From an uncultured Candidatus Saccharibacteria bacterium (GTDB lineage Bacteria > Patescibacteriota > Saccharimonadia > Saccharimonadales > Saccharimonadaceae), in NCBI GenBank assembly GCA_963517175.1, contig CAUQEY010000001.1, positions 1 through 40,857 of the forward strand: DNA of 40,857 nt, given 5' to 3'. Under the pieces are notes generated by a model that did not search any database, was not told the origin of the DNA, and saw only the letters and a program-made list of their open reading frames with translations. Shown here in pieces: positions 9,700 to 19,589 of this stretch. The position numbers and the translations under genes were made by a program. Numbering within the stretch: the stretch's first letter is position 1; each line of letters opens with the position of its first letter.

Positions 9700-11847
9700 T
9701 TATAGATGACGTTTTTTGCGACGAGCGTCTTCGACTAAACGAATCAGACCGTAGTGAAGTTTTTTAACTGGAAGATCATGAGCGTGTAGATAATCAAATT
9801 TTTCACCACCGAAGCCAGTCTTGAAGGTAGTGACGCCAGCGAATTTATGATTTTTTTGGCCAGCCGGAGCAATTCCCCAGAGATTATAACGAAGTTTTCC
9901 CTGCTTTTTTAGATCTCTCATCACATGCCATTGAAGAGCATAAGCGCCTGGGAATTTGTAATTTAGTTCGGTGGAAGCTGCCTCAAAATAATCACCTTCT
10001 AGAGCATCAGTTAAGACTAAACCGTAGGCTACCGGCTTACCTTCGAGGGTGGCGCGGTAAATCTGTAAATCTTCTCCGAAGGCCTTAGCGTAGGCATTAA
10101 GATCCTTACGGCGTGGTGGAATAAAACCTTGGCGCCTAGCGGTTTCAGCCTGAACCCGATGAAATTCACGGAGAATTTCTGGACTGTTAGACTTTTTTAC
10201 CTTGAAGTTCAATTTTTCTGAACGTCGCACTTCATAGCGAGTTTGACGGCGCATATTTTTCAAAAGATCTTCTTCAGATTGAGTGAGATCGACGAAGACG
10301 GTATTTTCGGCATGAAGAAAATAGGAAGCGGATAGTGACGGAATTGATTCGATGAGTGCACGATTTTCTGGGGTCTCCTCGAGATTTGGACGAAAACGCA
10401 CGAAGACACAATTATTTTGCTTGGCATAGCGGTAGATTTCGGCCATGGCAAGCTCTAGCTCATTACGATTCTGATAATCGAGAATCGGTCCGCACGGAAT
10501 CTCCAAAAAACGGCCACGCTTAGCGTCTTTAATAATGGCAAGACAATAGGATTTTTCACTAAACATCAGGAAGATAGGCTTATGACCAATGGATTTATTG
10601 ACTTCATACCACTGTTTGGATTGCAGGAAATTAGTGTGTGAGGCGGCGTGGCGAAGAGCATCGATTTGCTCTACCTCAGTTTCGGATAGAGATTTTTTGG
10701 TAGTGAAGGAAGCGATTTTTTCACCTTCTAAATTGACTTCGTATTGATTAATGAGATGCCTAGCCTCAGCAAGCTCAAAAATCGTCAACCAATTCGGCAA
10801 ATTAATCAGATGTTTGGCGGCAAAAACCGCGTTCGGGCAAGCTTTTTCGTTAAAATTAGCTCGGGTATAGTATCTCTCTGGTGAAACTGGTGAACTATAC
10901 CAAATATCATCCATAATGAAGCCTGCGGCCGTGAGTTTTTTCAATAATTCTTCCCGATTTTCCACAAAATAGAATCGACGAAGTGGGGCGCGATGTTTAA
11001 TTTTCTTAAGATCAGATAAAGCAAGCTTGGCCTGCCAATGGGTGAGGCGAATAGAACTATCTAGCCTGGCATCAGCGGATTTCTGGATTTGATGAGTCTT
11101 CAATAAAAACGCGGTATAGAGGCGACCAAAATTAAGGCGACCAAGCTGCAAATGGAATAAAGCACGGGTAATGGCGCCAAAAAGCGGATATAGACGAGTA
11201 CGAAAACGATCAGCAAAGCTTGGCAGATTAGTTGGAATAGTGAAGGATTTTTTTCGCTTATCAGTTTTACTGAGGAATAATAATCCACCAGAAATCAGAT
11301 CGAGGGATTTCCCCTTACCGAAACTCATAATGACGGCGTCACCTATCGTACCAGCTTCGCGACCATCCGGATAATCCATCCCGACACAGTGCGCAAGATC
11401 CTCGATCAAGGCAAGGTTGTATTTTTTAGCCACGACTTCAACATTTGCCATATCGCATGGATAAGCTAAATTATTCTGTACAATCACCGCCTTAATTTCT
11501 GGGTTTTTCGCGCAGGCTTTTTCGAGATTTTTAGCATCAAAATGGAGATTTTCGAGATTCACATCAAGGTAAACCGGCTCACAGCCAGCACTACGTACGG
11601 CCTCAACTACGGCAAAACAAGTCAAAGCTGTAATCGCCACCTTGTCGCCCGGCTTAGTGAAATATTTAAGAGCTTCAGAAAGTGCAGTACGTCCCGAACC
11701 ATAGAGCGCGACGTTTTCCGCTTCCACTTGATAACGGTCGGCAATATAGGCTTTTAGCTTTTTCGAATCATGACTAAAACCGAAGGTGAATAATTGCCTC
11801 AAGGTCTTTTTCAAACCAAATTGACTAGCGTGCGCGATAAATCTCAT
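9700..11847 (-). CDS. Fusion of DegT/DnrJ/EryC1/StrS PLP aminotransferase-like domain and FemABX transferase
   Basis: N-half: SGRTAL, TCFAVVEAV, IEDLAH, SFGKGKSLDLISGG (PLP Lys), CPNA...INLP. C-half: NFLQS, CGPILDY, RYNLWGI, GVTTFKTGFGG. One uninterrupted 715-aa ORF. Confidence 0.85.
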   Translation of the reverse strand: MRFIAHASQFGLKKTLRQLFTFGFSHDSKKLKAYIADRYQVEAENVALYGSGRTALSEALKYFTKPGDKVAITALTCFAVVEAVRSAGCEPVYLDVNLENLHFDAKNLEKACAKNPEIKAVIVQNNLAYPCDMANVEVVAKKYNLALIEDLAHCVGMDYPDGREAGTIGDAVIMSFGKGKSLDLISGGLLFLSKTDKRKKSFTIPTNLPSFADRFRTRLYPLFGAITRALFHLQLGRLNFGRLYTAFLLKTHQIQKSADARLDSSIRLTHWQAKLALSDLKKIKHRAPLRRFYFVENREELLKKLTAAGFIMDDIWYSSPVSPERYYTRANFNEKACPNAVFAAKHLINLPNWLTIFELAEARHLINQYEVNLEGEKIASFTTKKSLSETEVEQIDALRHAASHTNFLQSKQWYEVNKSIGHKPIFLMFSEKSYCLAIIKDAKRGRFLEIPCGPILDYQNRNELELAMAEIYRYAKQNNCVFVRFRPNLEETPENRALIESIPSLSASYFLHAENTVFVDLTQSEEDLLKNMRRQTRYEVRRSEKLNFKVKKSNSPEILREFHRVQAETARRQGFIPPRRKDLNAYAKAFGEDLQIYRATLEGKPVAYGLVLTDALEGDYFEAASTELNYKFPGAYALQWHVMRDLKKQGKLRYNLWGIAPAGQKNHKFAGVTTFKTGFGGEKFDYLHAHDLPVKKLHYGLIRLVEDARRKKRHL

Positions 11848-12518
11848 TAAGCAAGCACCTCATTAATGGCCTTAGCGAGACCTTTTGGATCGTCGATATA
11901 CGGAGCGTGACGCCACTTATCGGAAGAGTAAAAAGTACTATTATTAATTAATTCGTGAAGCTTCTTACCTTGACGGAGCGGCGTAATTTGATCATTTTCA
12001 CCCCAAAGAATCGAGGTTTTTACTTTAATACGTGATGGATCGAGATTTTTATCAGATTCATGCATGTTTGCTAAAGTTTTTTTCATATTTTCTGGCGCGT
12101 GCGCATAATCAGAAGCCCCAACTAATTTATGAAAAACCTTACATAAAATCGGTACTCGCTTAAAAATACCAAAAGCCTTACTGAGTCCGCGTAAAAGATC
12201 ACGTTTCAAAGATTTTTCGTATATACCCGCACTATCGAGAAGAATTAAATGTGAAAGTTTTTTCGGATGCTTGATAGTGAGATTCATTAGAATACGGCCA
12301 CCATTACTATGTCCGAGTACCACAGCTTCATCTGGAAGTTCACGCTTAGCCCAGCGCACATAATCATTAATCGTCCAAACTTTTTGACTTTGCTCGGTGA
12401 GTCCAGGAACGTGAAGCATTTTAACCTCGACATCATATTTGTCTCGTAAAATTTCAATGGTTTTTTCCCAAGGTTCCACGGTGTAGGTCCAGCCATGAAT
12501 AATATATAAAGTTTTCAT
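11847..12518 (-). CDS. Alpha/beta fold hydrolase
   Basis: IIHGW oxyanion motif, GHSNGG nucleophile elbow, WGENDQITP acid, HAPY His. TAATG overlaps on both sides. Confidence 0.9.
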   Translation of the reverse strand: MKTLYIIHGWTYTVEPWEKTIEILRDKYDVEVKMLHVPGLTEQSQKVWTINDYVRWAKRELPDEAVVLGHSNGGRILMNLTIKHPKKLSHLILLDSAGIYEKSLKRDLLRGLSKAFGIFKRVPILCKVFHKLVGASDYAHAPENMKKTLANMHESDKNLDPSRIKVKTSILWGENDQITPLRQGKKLHELINNSTFYSSDKWRHAPYIDDPKGLAKAINEVLA

Positions 12519-13831
12519 TAGTTAAGTCCCCTTTTTTCACGACGCTTTTCTGCAGCTTTTTCGCGGCGTGGCAGACGCTCAGCGTCTTTTGAATTTAATA
12601 ATAATTTTTCAATAATCCATTCGAGATATTGACTACCCTTAAAGAGAATAGTTTCTCCATTTACGGCATTTTGTTGAATGAATTCGAGAGCTTGTTTGGG
12701 GTCATCAAAGGTATTTACCTTAATCCCCTGCTTCTTTAGAATTGGATAGGTGTATTCGTGGGTACGCCGACCGATCAAAATTACTTGTTCTGGCTCAGAT
12801 GCAATAATTGCATCAGCTAGTTTTTCATGTTCATGTTGCTCGATACTGCCTTGCTCGACCATATCCCCGATTACTAACCACTTATGTTGAGTGCGCATTG
12901 AGCGGTACATCTTAAGGATCGATTTCATGGAGATCAGATGAGCATTATAACTACTATCGATAATTTTTAAATTATCGATACCTCTAAGGAAAGTATTACG
13001 ACCAGGAGCTTCACGCATATCGGAAAAGTCACTCGGGATTTGAATATGAAGATATTCGCAAAGCTTGGATAACATGGATAACTGAATAGCCAAATCGCGT
13101 TGCATCGGATTTTTAAAGGTAATAGTGAATTCATTTAGTTTTGGTTGGCTGGAGAAATTCATAACGAACTCAGTTTTATTTGGATAAACAGTATAATTCA
13201 ATAATTCACTCTTACTACATTTAATAACTTCGGCCTTAGTCTTGCCTTTGGCGACAATTTTATCGATCGCACGATTCATTAAGTCGACATCCTTATCAAT
13301 AAGAATCAATTTTTGAGTATGCTCCGGCAAGGTAGCAAATTCATGTGTGATAGCTTTTTCGAGATTTGGAAAGAGACCGGCTTCTACCTGCTTTTCAAAT
13401 TGCACGGCATGTGAAAGACCTAGAGAAACCCAAATCGTAACTTCAGGTTTCAGCCATTTGGCGAGAAATTCGGCTTCGTGTGGGCGTTCACCATCGATTT
13501 CGACAATATAAAACTTTTCACGGTGAGTATAAAAGAGTGATTTAAAAGGCACACCAATGATTAAGCTGAGCCAACGCCACTTACTGCCGCGCACTCCATC
13601 CATATCGACGATATCGAAGGCTACGCCAAAGGCGGAATTAGCATTAAAAGAATAATGTGCCTTGGTTTTTAGAGTGGATTCAACTAAATTTAACATCGTA
13701 GTTTTGCCAACTGAACCGGTAATGGCAATCACCCGAGGCTTCCAGCGTTTAAGTGAAATATTAGCAAAAAAACGAAAATAATTCGCAGCTAAAAAATAAA
13801 ATTTCTTTTTAAGTCTCATTACGAGCGTCAT
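12518..13831 (-). CDS. Mur ligase, MurF-like, lacking the N-terminal Rossmann domain
   Basis: ITGSVGKTT P-loop near the N-terminus, PGR, IIDSSYNA, VIGDMVEQG, LFKGSQ. Confidence 0.85.
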   Translation of the reverse strand: MTLVMRLKKKFYFLAANYFRFFANISLKRWKPRVIAITGSVGKTTMLNLVESTLKTKAHYSFNANSAFGVAFDIVDMDGVRGSKWRWLSLIIGVPFKSLFYTHREKFYIVEIDGERPHEAEFLAKWLKPEVTIWVSLGLSHAVQFEKQVEAGLFPNLEKAITHEFATLPEHTQKLILIDKDVDLMNRAIDKIVAKGKTKAEVIKCSKSELLNYTVYPNKTEFVMNFSSQPKLNEFTITFKNPMQRDLAIQLSMLSKLCEYLHIQIPSDFSDMREAPGRNTFLRGIDNLKIIDSSYNAHLISMKSILKMYRSMRTQHKWLVIGDMVEQGSIEQHEHEKLADAIIASEPEQVILIGRRTHEYTYPILKKQGIKVNTFDDPKQALEFIQQNAVNGETILFKGSQYLEWIIEKLLLNSKDAERLPRREKAAEKRREKRGLN

Positions 13832-13853
13832 ATATTTATTTTAGCATATACTG

Positions 13854-14585
13854 TTAATTTTTAATATTTTGGAAGAAGCGGGCGGCCCGTTCAGTGGTCG
13901 GATGGTCCATAACCTGATGCGGTTCACCATCTTCAATAATTTTCCCCTTATCAAGAAAGATAAGGCGGGTGCCAACCTCTCTGGCAAAACTCATTTCATG
14001 GGTGACAATCACCATAGTGCGACCGTGATCTTTGGCAAGGTCCTTAATAACCTCGAGCACTTCGCCCACCATTTCTGGATCGAGTGCAGAGGTCGGCTCA
14101 TCAAACAAAATTACCTCGGGATGCATAGCTAAGGCGCGAGCGATGGCGACACGCTGCTTTTGACCACCCGAAAGGTTCTTCGGATAATCATAAGCTTTAT
14201 TTGCTAGCCCGACCCGCTTCAATAATTCCATGGCTTCTTTTTCTGCCTGCTTATTCGAGAGATGTAGGACTTTTCTGGGAGCAAGCTTGATATTTTCTAT
14301 GATATTAAGATTTTCAAAAAGATTAAAACTTTGAAAAACCATACCTACTTTAGTACGAAGCTTATTAAGATTGGTTTTGGGTTTTGTAATTTCCTGTCCA
14401 TCGATAAAAATTTGACCCTTATCTGGAGTATTCAAAAGGTTCAGGCAGCGCAAGAAAGTCGACTTCCCTGAACCAGAGGAACCAATCAAGACTACGGTTT
14501 CGCCGTCTTGAATTTCGAGATCGATACCACGCAAAACTTTTTGATTTTCGAAACTTTTTTCAAGTTTCCTTACAACAATAGACAT
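13854..14585 (-). CDS. Polar amino-acid ABC transporter ATP-binding protein (GlnQ-like)
   Basis: GSSGSGKST, LSGGQKQRVAIARAL, DEPTSALDPE, VTHEM. Confidence 0.95.
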   Translation of the reverse strand: MSIVVRKLEKSFENQKVLRGIDLEIQDGETVVLIGSSGSGKSTFLRCLNLLNTPDKGQIFIDGQEITKPKTNLNKLRTKVGMVFQSFNLFENLNIIENIKLAPRKVLHLSNKQAEKEAMELLKRVGLANKAYDYPKNLSGGQKQRVAIARALAMHPEVILFDEPTSALDPEMVGEVLEVIKDLAKDHGRTMVIVTHEMSFAREVGTRLIFLDKGKIIEDGEPHQVMDHPTTERAARFFQNIKN

Positions 14586-14586
14586 C

Positions 14587-15237
14587 TTAAGCCAACCTCT
14601 TTTCTACTTTTGACATAATTTTAGTAAAGATTAGAGTAATCACCAGATAGATAATGGCAGCCGCCACTAAGGATTCAAAGGCAGTAGCGGTAAGTGAACG
14701 AATATCGTCGGCGCCACGCATAATATCGCCAAGACCGATCCAACCCACAATGGAAGTTTCCTTAAAGAGTGAAATTCCCTCGCCGATGAGGCTCGGTAAG
14801 GAATTCTTGAGCGCTTGTGGCATCACAACGTAAAGTTGAGTATAAAATTCTGAAAGACCGAGAGACCTGGCGGCTTCCTTTTGGCCACTAGAAACGCTTT
14901 CGATTCCACCACGAATGATTTCCGAAATATAGGCGCCACTATTGAGTGAAAAAGCTACGGCAGCGACGATAATTTTCGGCATGGCGCGATATTCGGCGAA
15001 GATCACGTAATACATAATTAAGAGCTGCACCAGAAGAGGTGTGCCGCGGATCACCGTGATGTAGAAATTCGAGATTCTTTGGCAAAACTTCGAGCTGGAG
15101 GTGCGCATCATGGCCAAAAGTAATCCTAATAGAAAACCAAAAAAGAGCGCCAAAATAGTTAATACAATAGTAACTTCAAGCCCGTGCCAAAAATAAATCC
15201 AACGCCCGTTACCAAATATCACTTCAAAAAATTTCAT
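14587..15237 (-). CDS. Polar amino-acid ABC transporter permease
   Basis: RGTPLLVQ, AYISEIIRGGI, GQKEAARSLG (EAA loop). Confidence 0.95.
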   Translation of the reverse strand: MKFFEVIFGNGRWIYFWHGLEVTIVLTILALFFGFLLGLLLAMMRTSSSKFCQRISNFYITVIRGTPLLVQLLIMYYVIFAEYRAMPKIIVAAVAFSLNSGAYISEIIRGGIESVSSGQKEAARSLGLSEFYTQLYVVMPQALKNSLPSLIGEGISLFKETSIVGWIGLGDIMRGADDIRSLTATAFESLVAAAIIYLVITLIFTKIMSKVEKRLA

Positions 15238-16022
15238 CTGCTCTCTCCAAAATATTTCCTTAATAAGGTATCCATTCGGCCGTCCTCTTTCATGCGATTA
15301 ATTGTTTGATCAACTTTTTCCTTGAGAGTCTGATTAGATTTTTTCATGGCAATGGCATAAGATTCATTACCGATAGCGGAACCCAGGATTTTTAGGCCCG
15401 AAAATGCCACGATATATTGATTAGCTGGCGCGTCATCGAGAATCACGGCATCGACTCGACCAGAAGCGAGTTCCTGTAAAATATTTGGCGCGGCTGGGAA
15501 CTGAATGACTTTGGCACCTTTAATTTCGGAAGCCAAAATATCACCGGTAGTGCCGAGTTGAACGCCGATTTTCTTACCGATGAGGCCAGATTTATTAAAA
15601 ATTTTACTATCTTCTGGGACAATGATGCGCTGGGTGGCCTGATAATACGGCTCCGAAAATAGAGCATTCTTGGCGCGTTCTTCAGTGACCGACATGCCAG
15701 CCACGGCAAGATCAATGCGACCACCTTCGAGCGCTGGAAGAAGTCCATCAAAGGACATGTCCTCAATTTTTAGCTCAGCGCCGAGGTCTTTCGCGATTTC
15801 GCGCGCGAGATCCACATCAAAACCAACTACCTGCCCACCCTCTTTATATTCAAATGGCTTAAAAGTGGCGTTCGTCCCCATGACGAGTACCGAGGCATCG
15901 TGAGAAACCACGGTTTCACGCTTCAAAATGTCGAAAAACATCCAGAAAAAAGCCGCAACGCACCCCACCAGAATAATCAAATTTTTAATAATTCGGACTG
16001 GATTTCGTTTCGGCTTATGCAT
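15234..16022 (-). CDS. Polar amino-acid ABC substrate-binding protein, TM-anchored
   Basis: GTNATFKPFEY, GFDVDL, GMSVTEER, FSEPYY, GVQLGTTG; N-terminal TM anchor with no lipobox. Confidence 0.93.
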   Translation of the reverse strand: MHKPKRNPVRIIKNLIILVGCVAAFFWMFFDILKRETVVSHDASVLVMGTNATFKPFEYKEGGQVVGFDVDLAREIAKDLGAELKIEDMSFDGLLPALEGGRIDLAVAGMSVTEERAKNALFSEPYYQATQRIIVPEDSKIFNKSGLIGKKIGVQLGTTGDILASEIKGAKVIQFPAAPNILQELASGRVDAVILDDAPANQYIVAFSGLKILGSAIGNESYAIAMKKSNQTLKEKVDQTINRMKEDGRMDTLLRKYFGESR

Positions 16023-16028
16023 AATCTA

Positions 16029-16057
16029 AGTATAAGGTGTTTAGGATAATTATTCAA
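16029..16057 (-). promoter_or_regulatory. Sigma70 promoter of the ABC operon, probably leaderless
   Basis: TTGAAT-N17-TATACT-N6-ATG. Confidence 0.7.
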
Positions 16058-16102
16058 GAATGCAAACGCAATAAGAACAGACGTGCGTTGATTTAGTGAA
16101 AT

Positions 16103-17875
16103 TTAAATCTGTGTAAAATATCCTGGATCCCCAGGGCGATCAATGCGAAGACATTTGAGAGCTTCATTATTATTACCTGAGAATGAACATCTGGACCCAT
16201 TACCACCACGAAGCGTACGACGTTCACCAAAGACATTATAGATTCTCTTAGTTACACTGGATGTATTAAAATCACTCCTTACATAAATATTGGTCAAACT
16301 ATCTCTAGTATAATGACCCAAAGAGAACATTCCAGTAAAATCTTGAACATTTCTAGTATCAAAATTAGTTAAATATAACTTCACGGTATATTCCGTCTCA
16401 CCAAACATTCCACTCATATCAGTTACATTTTGAGTGTTAAAGCTAGAGAGATCGAGGTTCGGGATCCTAGTACCATAGAACATTCCTGACATATTAACGG
16501 CGCTCTGCGTTTCAAAGCCTGCCGTATTTAATGAAGTAATCGCTGCGTTCCAAAACATGTTTTTGAAATTTGTCACCTTGCCAGTGTTAAACCTTGAGGC
16601 TATTACAGTCTGTAAATTAGGAAGCTGGAAAAACATACTATTCATATCAGTGACGTTTTGAAAATCAAAACTACTTAAGTTAATAGTGGGTAGGCTAGTA
16701 GCACCATAAAACATTTCACTCATATCGGTAACTTTTGAAGTATTAAAACTCGAAATATTTATATCAGTAAATCTACTAGAATCCTTAAACATACCCTTCA
16801 TATTAACTACATTGGCTGTATTAAAATTACTTAGATTCAAAGTAATAGTATCTCTTCTCATAAGTGCTCTTATCCCACTAAACATTTCGCTCATATCCTG
16901 CACCTTGTGAGTATCAAATCTTGAAACATCGATTGGATTTAAGTATGAGGCGTCTTTAAACATGCCCTTCATACTGATCACCTCACTGGTATCAATATTT
17001 GAAAAATCTGCACTATAAATACCCGAGAATGAGCTAAACATATAACTACTATCTGGGTTAGCGTAAATTTTAGCAGCGTCTGAGCCGTAGCATATTCCTT
17101 TATCACCCCAACTCCAATCTGGCCAAATGTAAACACCAAAATCTGATTCTACCGGATCCGCAACATTATAATGCGGCTGTTGCTTTATACCCTCCGTAAC
17201 GGTACATCGCCTAAATGCATTTGCGCGACTGCCACTATTTACTCTGGCTATAGCTTGGTTAATTTCTGGGCCAGGCTTAAAGACGGCTCGCCTGTCAATC
17301 GGATTAGTTACTACGGAAAAAATTAGACGATTAGTATAGCTACCATTTTCAAGATTACTTGCAAGTTTCATGCCGATATTCAAATCTGTAATGCTAACAC
17401 CATTGGTGGCTTCGGTGGTTTGACGGAAACTAGCGGGTGCAGCAAGCGCTGGAATAGGATTATAATTTGGCGCAGAGGCTAGACGATAACCCCAAGTATT
17501 ATTTGGAAGATTAGCGAGAGAACTAGGCGTAGAGATTGAATCAATTTTAGCGAGCATCGCAGATGTATTGTTTACCAAGGCGGTATTATTTGATTCGGAA
17601 CTTATGGTAGCTGTATAACCAGTACGGTTATTAGTATTGACAGTCAAGCGCAATGGAAACTCAGTAGTTTTATTGGTGGAATTAATCACCTGGTTACCAT
17701 TGATAGTTACGTTGGCGTTATTAATGGCTGCAGAGAGAGTTGGAGTTGGGGCGGCAAAAACATCCGACACACCGAATTGGTTACCTAGAATAGTGAGCGT
17801 AAAAACGGCAGTAGCAAGATTAAAGACCTTTTTAGCCCACAAAAATATTTTGGATTTTCGAGAGAGAATATTCAT
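16103..17875 (-). CDS. Secreted BspA/DUF285-type LRR protein (about 9 repeats)
   Basis: Signal peptide ending VFA, shared N-domain, LxxFxTxxVxxMxxMF repeats, C-cap LRGGNGS...LRIDRPGDPGYFT. Start set to ATG 17875 because the ORF-track start overlaps a terminator and the TGGTAAAAT promoter. Confidence 0.85.
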   Translation of the reverse strand: MNILSRKSKIFLWAKKVFNLATAVFTLTILGNQFGVSDVFAAPTPTLSAAINNANVTINGNQVINSTNKTTEFPLRLTVNTNNRTGYTATISSESNNTALVNNTSAMLAKIDSISTPSSLANLPNNTWGYRLASAPNYNPIPALAAPASFRQTTEATNGVSITDLNIGMKLASNLENGSYTNRLIFSVVTNPIDRRAVFKPGPEINQAIARVNSGSRANAFRRCTVTEGIKQQPHYNVADPVESDFGVYIWPDWSWGDKGICYGSDAAKIYANPDSSYMFSSFSGIYSADFSNIDTSEVISMKGMFKDASYLNPIDVSRFDTHKVQDMSEMFSGIRALMRRDTITLNLSNFNTANVVNMKGMFKDSSRFTDINISSFNTSKVTDMSEMFYGATSLPTINLSSFDFQNVTDMNSMFFQLPNLQTVIASRFNTGKVTNFKNMFWNAAITSLNTAGFETQSAVNMSGMFYGTRIPNLDLSSFNTQNVTDMSGMFGETEYTVKLYLTNFDTRNVQDFTGMFSLGHYTRDSLTNIYVRSDFNTSSVTKRIYNVFGERRTLRGGNGSRCSFSGNNNEALKCLRIDRPGDPGYFTQI

Positions 17876-17927
17876 AGTTTTTATATGACCGTGTGATTTG
17901 TCGTGTTCTATTTTACCATAAGCAAAA

Positions 17928-17958
17928 TAAAAATCCAAATGCGAAATTTGGATTTTTA
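17928..17958 (-). terminator. Intrinsic terminator between LRR genes
   Basis: TAAAAATCCAAAT-gcgaa-ATTTGGATTTTTA. Confidence 0.75.
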
Positions 17959-18038
17959 GATATTTTTGGATTTAAAGTTTATATTTTCCGATGAGTTGTG
18001 AGTTTTTTAAATTATAAATATGGTTTTAAGTGTTTTAA

Positions 18039-19496
18039 TTATGGCTTAGCGGTAAAGTAACCTGGAGCGCCGGCTATATCTAAACGAAGCCAAGTCTTAT
18101 CGGCGGTAGCTGGGTCGGTTTCATGAGAGCCATTACCACCACGCAAATTGGTACGACCGGCGAAGAGATTTTCAGCTTGAGCGGAAGCATCGACGACGAA
18201 GTTTGTCGAAGCATAAATTGTGGTTAAGGCATCACCGGCTGGACAAGCAGCCGTAGTGGTACCGATGCCGGCGAGACTAAAGAGATTATCGAAATTTCGC
18301 ACATTGGTGGTACTTAACATCGAAAGATCGAGGCTAGCAACCTTACAAGTATTAGCGAACATACCTGCGATAGTATTGGCATTTTCTAGAGTAAAATCAG
18401 CACCTAGCTTAATTTCGGTAGCGGCCTGAAGATTATTGAAGAGATTAGCGACATCCGTCACTTGCTTGGTATTAAAATTCGAAAGATCAAGCGATGCGAG
18501 TTCAGTCATACCGGAGAACATACTGCGCATATTGGTGACACGGGTCGTATCAAAGTTTGCAAGATTCAAGCTTTGGACTTTTTCGGTGCCATCAAACATA
18601 CTTGCCATATTTACAACATTACTGGTATCAAATTTTGCCAAATCAAGGTCCTGAACGTGAGTAAAATTCTTGAACATGCTAGAAGAATCTGGGGCGAGGA
18701 AGATTTTTTCAGTTTCCGCATAATAGTAAACGGTTTTATCGGCTTCCTTATACCAAGCCTTGATAGCATAATCGGAATTCACATTATCTTGAATTTCGAT
18801 AGCTTTATCGCCAGCAGTAGGAGCGGTGGCACTACGACGAAAATGTTCAATCATTTCTTGACCATGACCGAAGAAATTCGAGGAACTACGTTTACCGAGA
18901 TAGGTGATTGCTTTATTGAAGGTCTCACCCTTATCCATAATGGCTTCTTTTTGATAAGTATTCGCCACTACGGAAACCACAAGCTGATTAATATAATCAC
19001 CAGGGCGTAAATCGTCGCCGAGGTTAATACCGAGATTGAGAATAGTTTTTTGATTAGTCACTTCTTTTTCGGTATTATTTGCCACAGTGGCTGGGTGGCT
19101 GAGACTTGGGATTGGACTGTAGTCGGTAGCGCTAGATAATTTATAGCCCCAAGTGTTTGTGGTGAAGTTATTCAGCGATTGGTTACTCGTAATCGACTCA
19201 ATCTTATCTGGTTTGGCTGGGTCAGAATTATTTAACGCGGTATTATCGGTTTTAGAATTAACCACTACCTTATAGCCGGATTTATTTTTCGCGGTAACCC
19301 CGATATTTAGATTCATTTCCCTTTTAACCGATGGATTATCGAGCAAAAGATCACCATCAACTTGAGTTTTGATATTATCAACATAGGCAGAAAGACTGGA
19401 CTGATAGAGGGCAGAAGTGTTTTTCGTATTAAGCCAGGCGGCCGCGACCAAAGTCAAGGCAAGGCCCGAGCTAAGCTTCAAAAATTTATGATTCAC
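18039..19496 (-). CDS. Secreted BspA/DUF285-type LRR protein (about 5 repeats)
   Basis: GTG start with AGGGA RBS, signal peptide ending TSA, shared N-domain, repeats, C-cap LRGGNGS...PGYFTAKP. Confidence 0.85.
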   Translation of the reverse strand: MNHKFLKLSSGLALTLVAAAWLNTKNTSALYQSSLSAYVDNIKTQVDGDLLLDNPSVKREMNLNIGVTAKNKSGYKVVVNSKTDNTALNNSDPAKPDKIESITSNQSLNNFTTNTWGYKLSSATDYSPIPSLSHPATVANNTEKEVTNQKTILNLGINLGDDLRPGDYINQLVVSVVANTYQKEAIMDKGETFNKAITYLGKRSSSNFFGHGQEMIEHFRRSATAPTAGDKAIEIQDNVNSDYAIKAWYKEADKTVYYYAETEKIFLAPDSSSMFKNFTHVQDLDLAKFDTSNVVNMASMFDGTEKVQSLNLANFDTTRVTNMRSMFSGMTELASLDLSNFNTKQVTDVANLFNNLQAATEIKLGADFTLENANTIAGMFANTCKVASLDLSMLSTTNVRNFDNLFSLAGIGTTTAACPAGDALTTIYASTNFVVDASAQAENLFAGRTNLRGGNGSHETDPATADKTWLRLDIAGAPGYFTAKP

Positions 19497-19589
19497 AATA
19501 TTTTCCCTAATTCGTTTTATACTACATTTAGTTTAGCATAACTAGAATGGAAGAAAAGTCTTGAAAAATTTGGAAAATGGTATTTGTGA

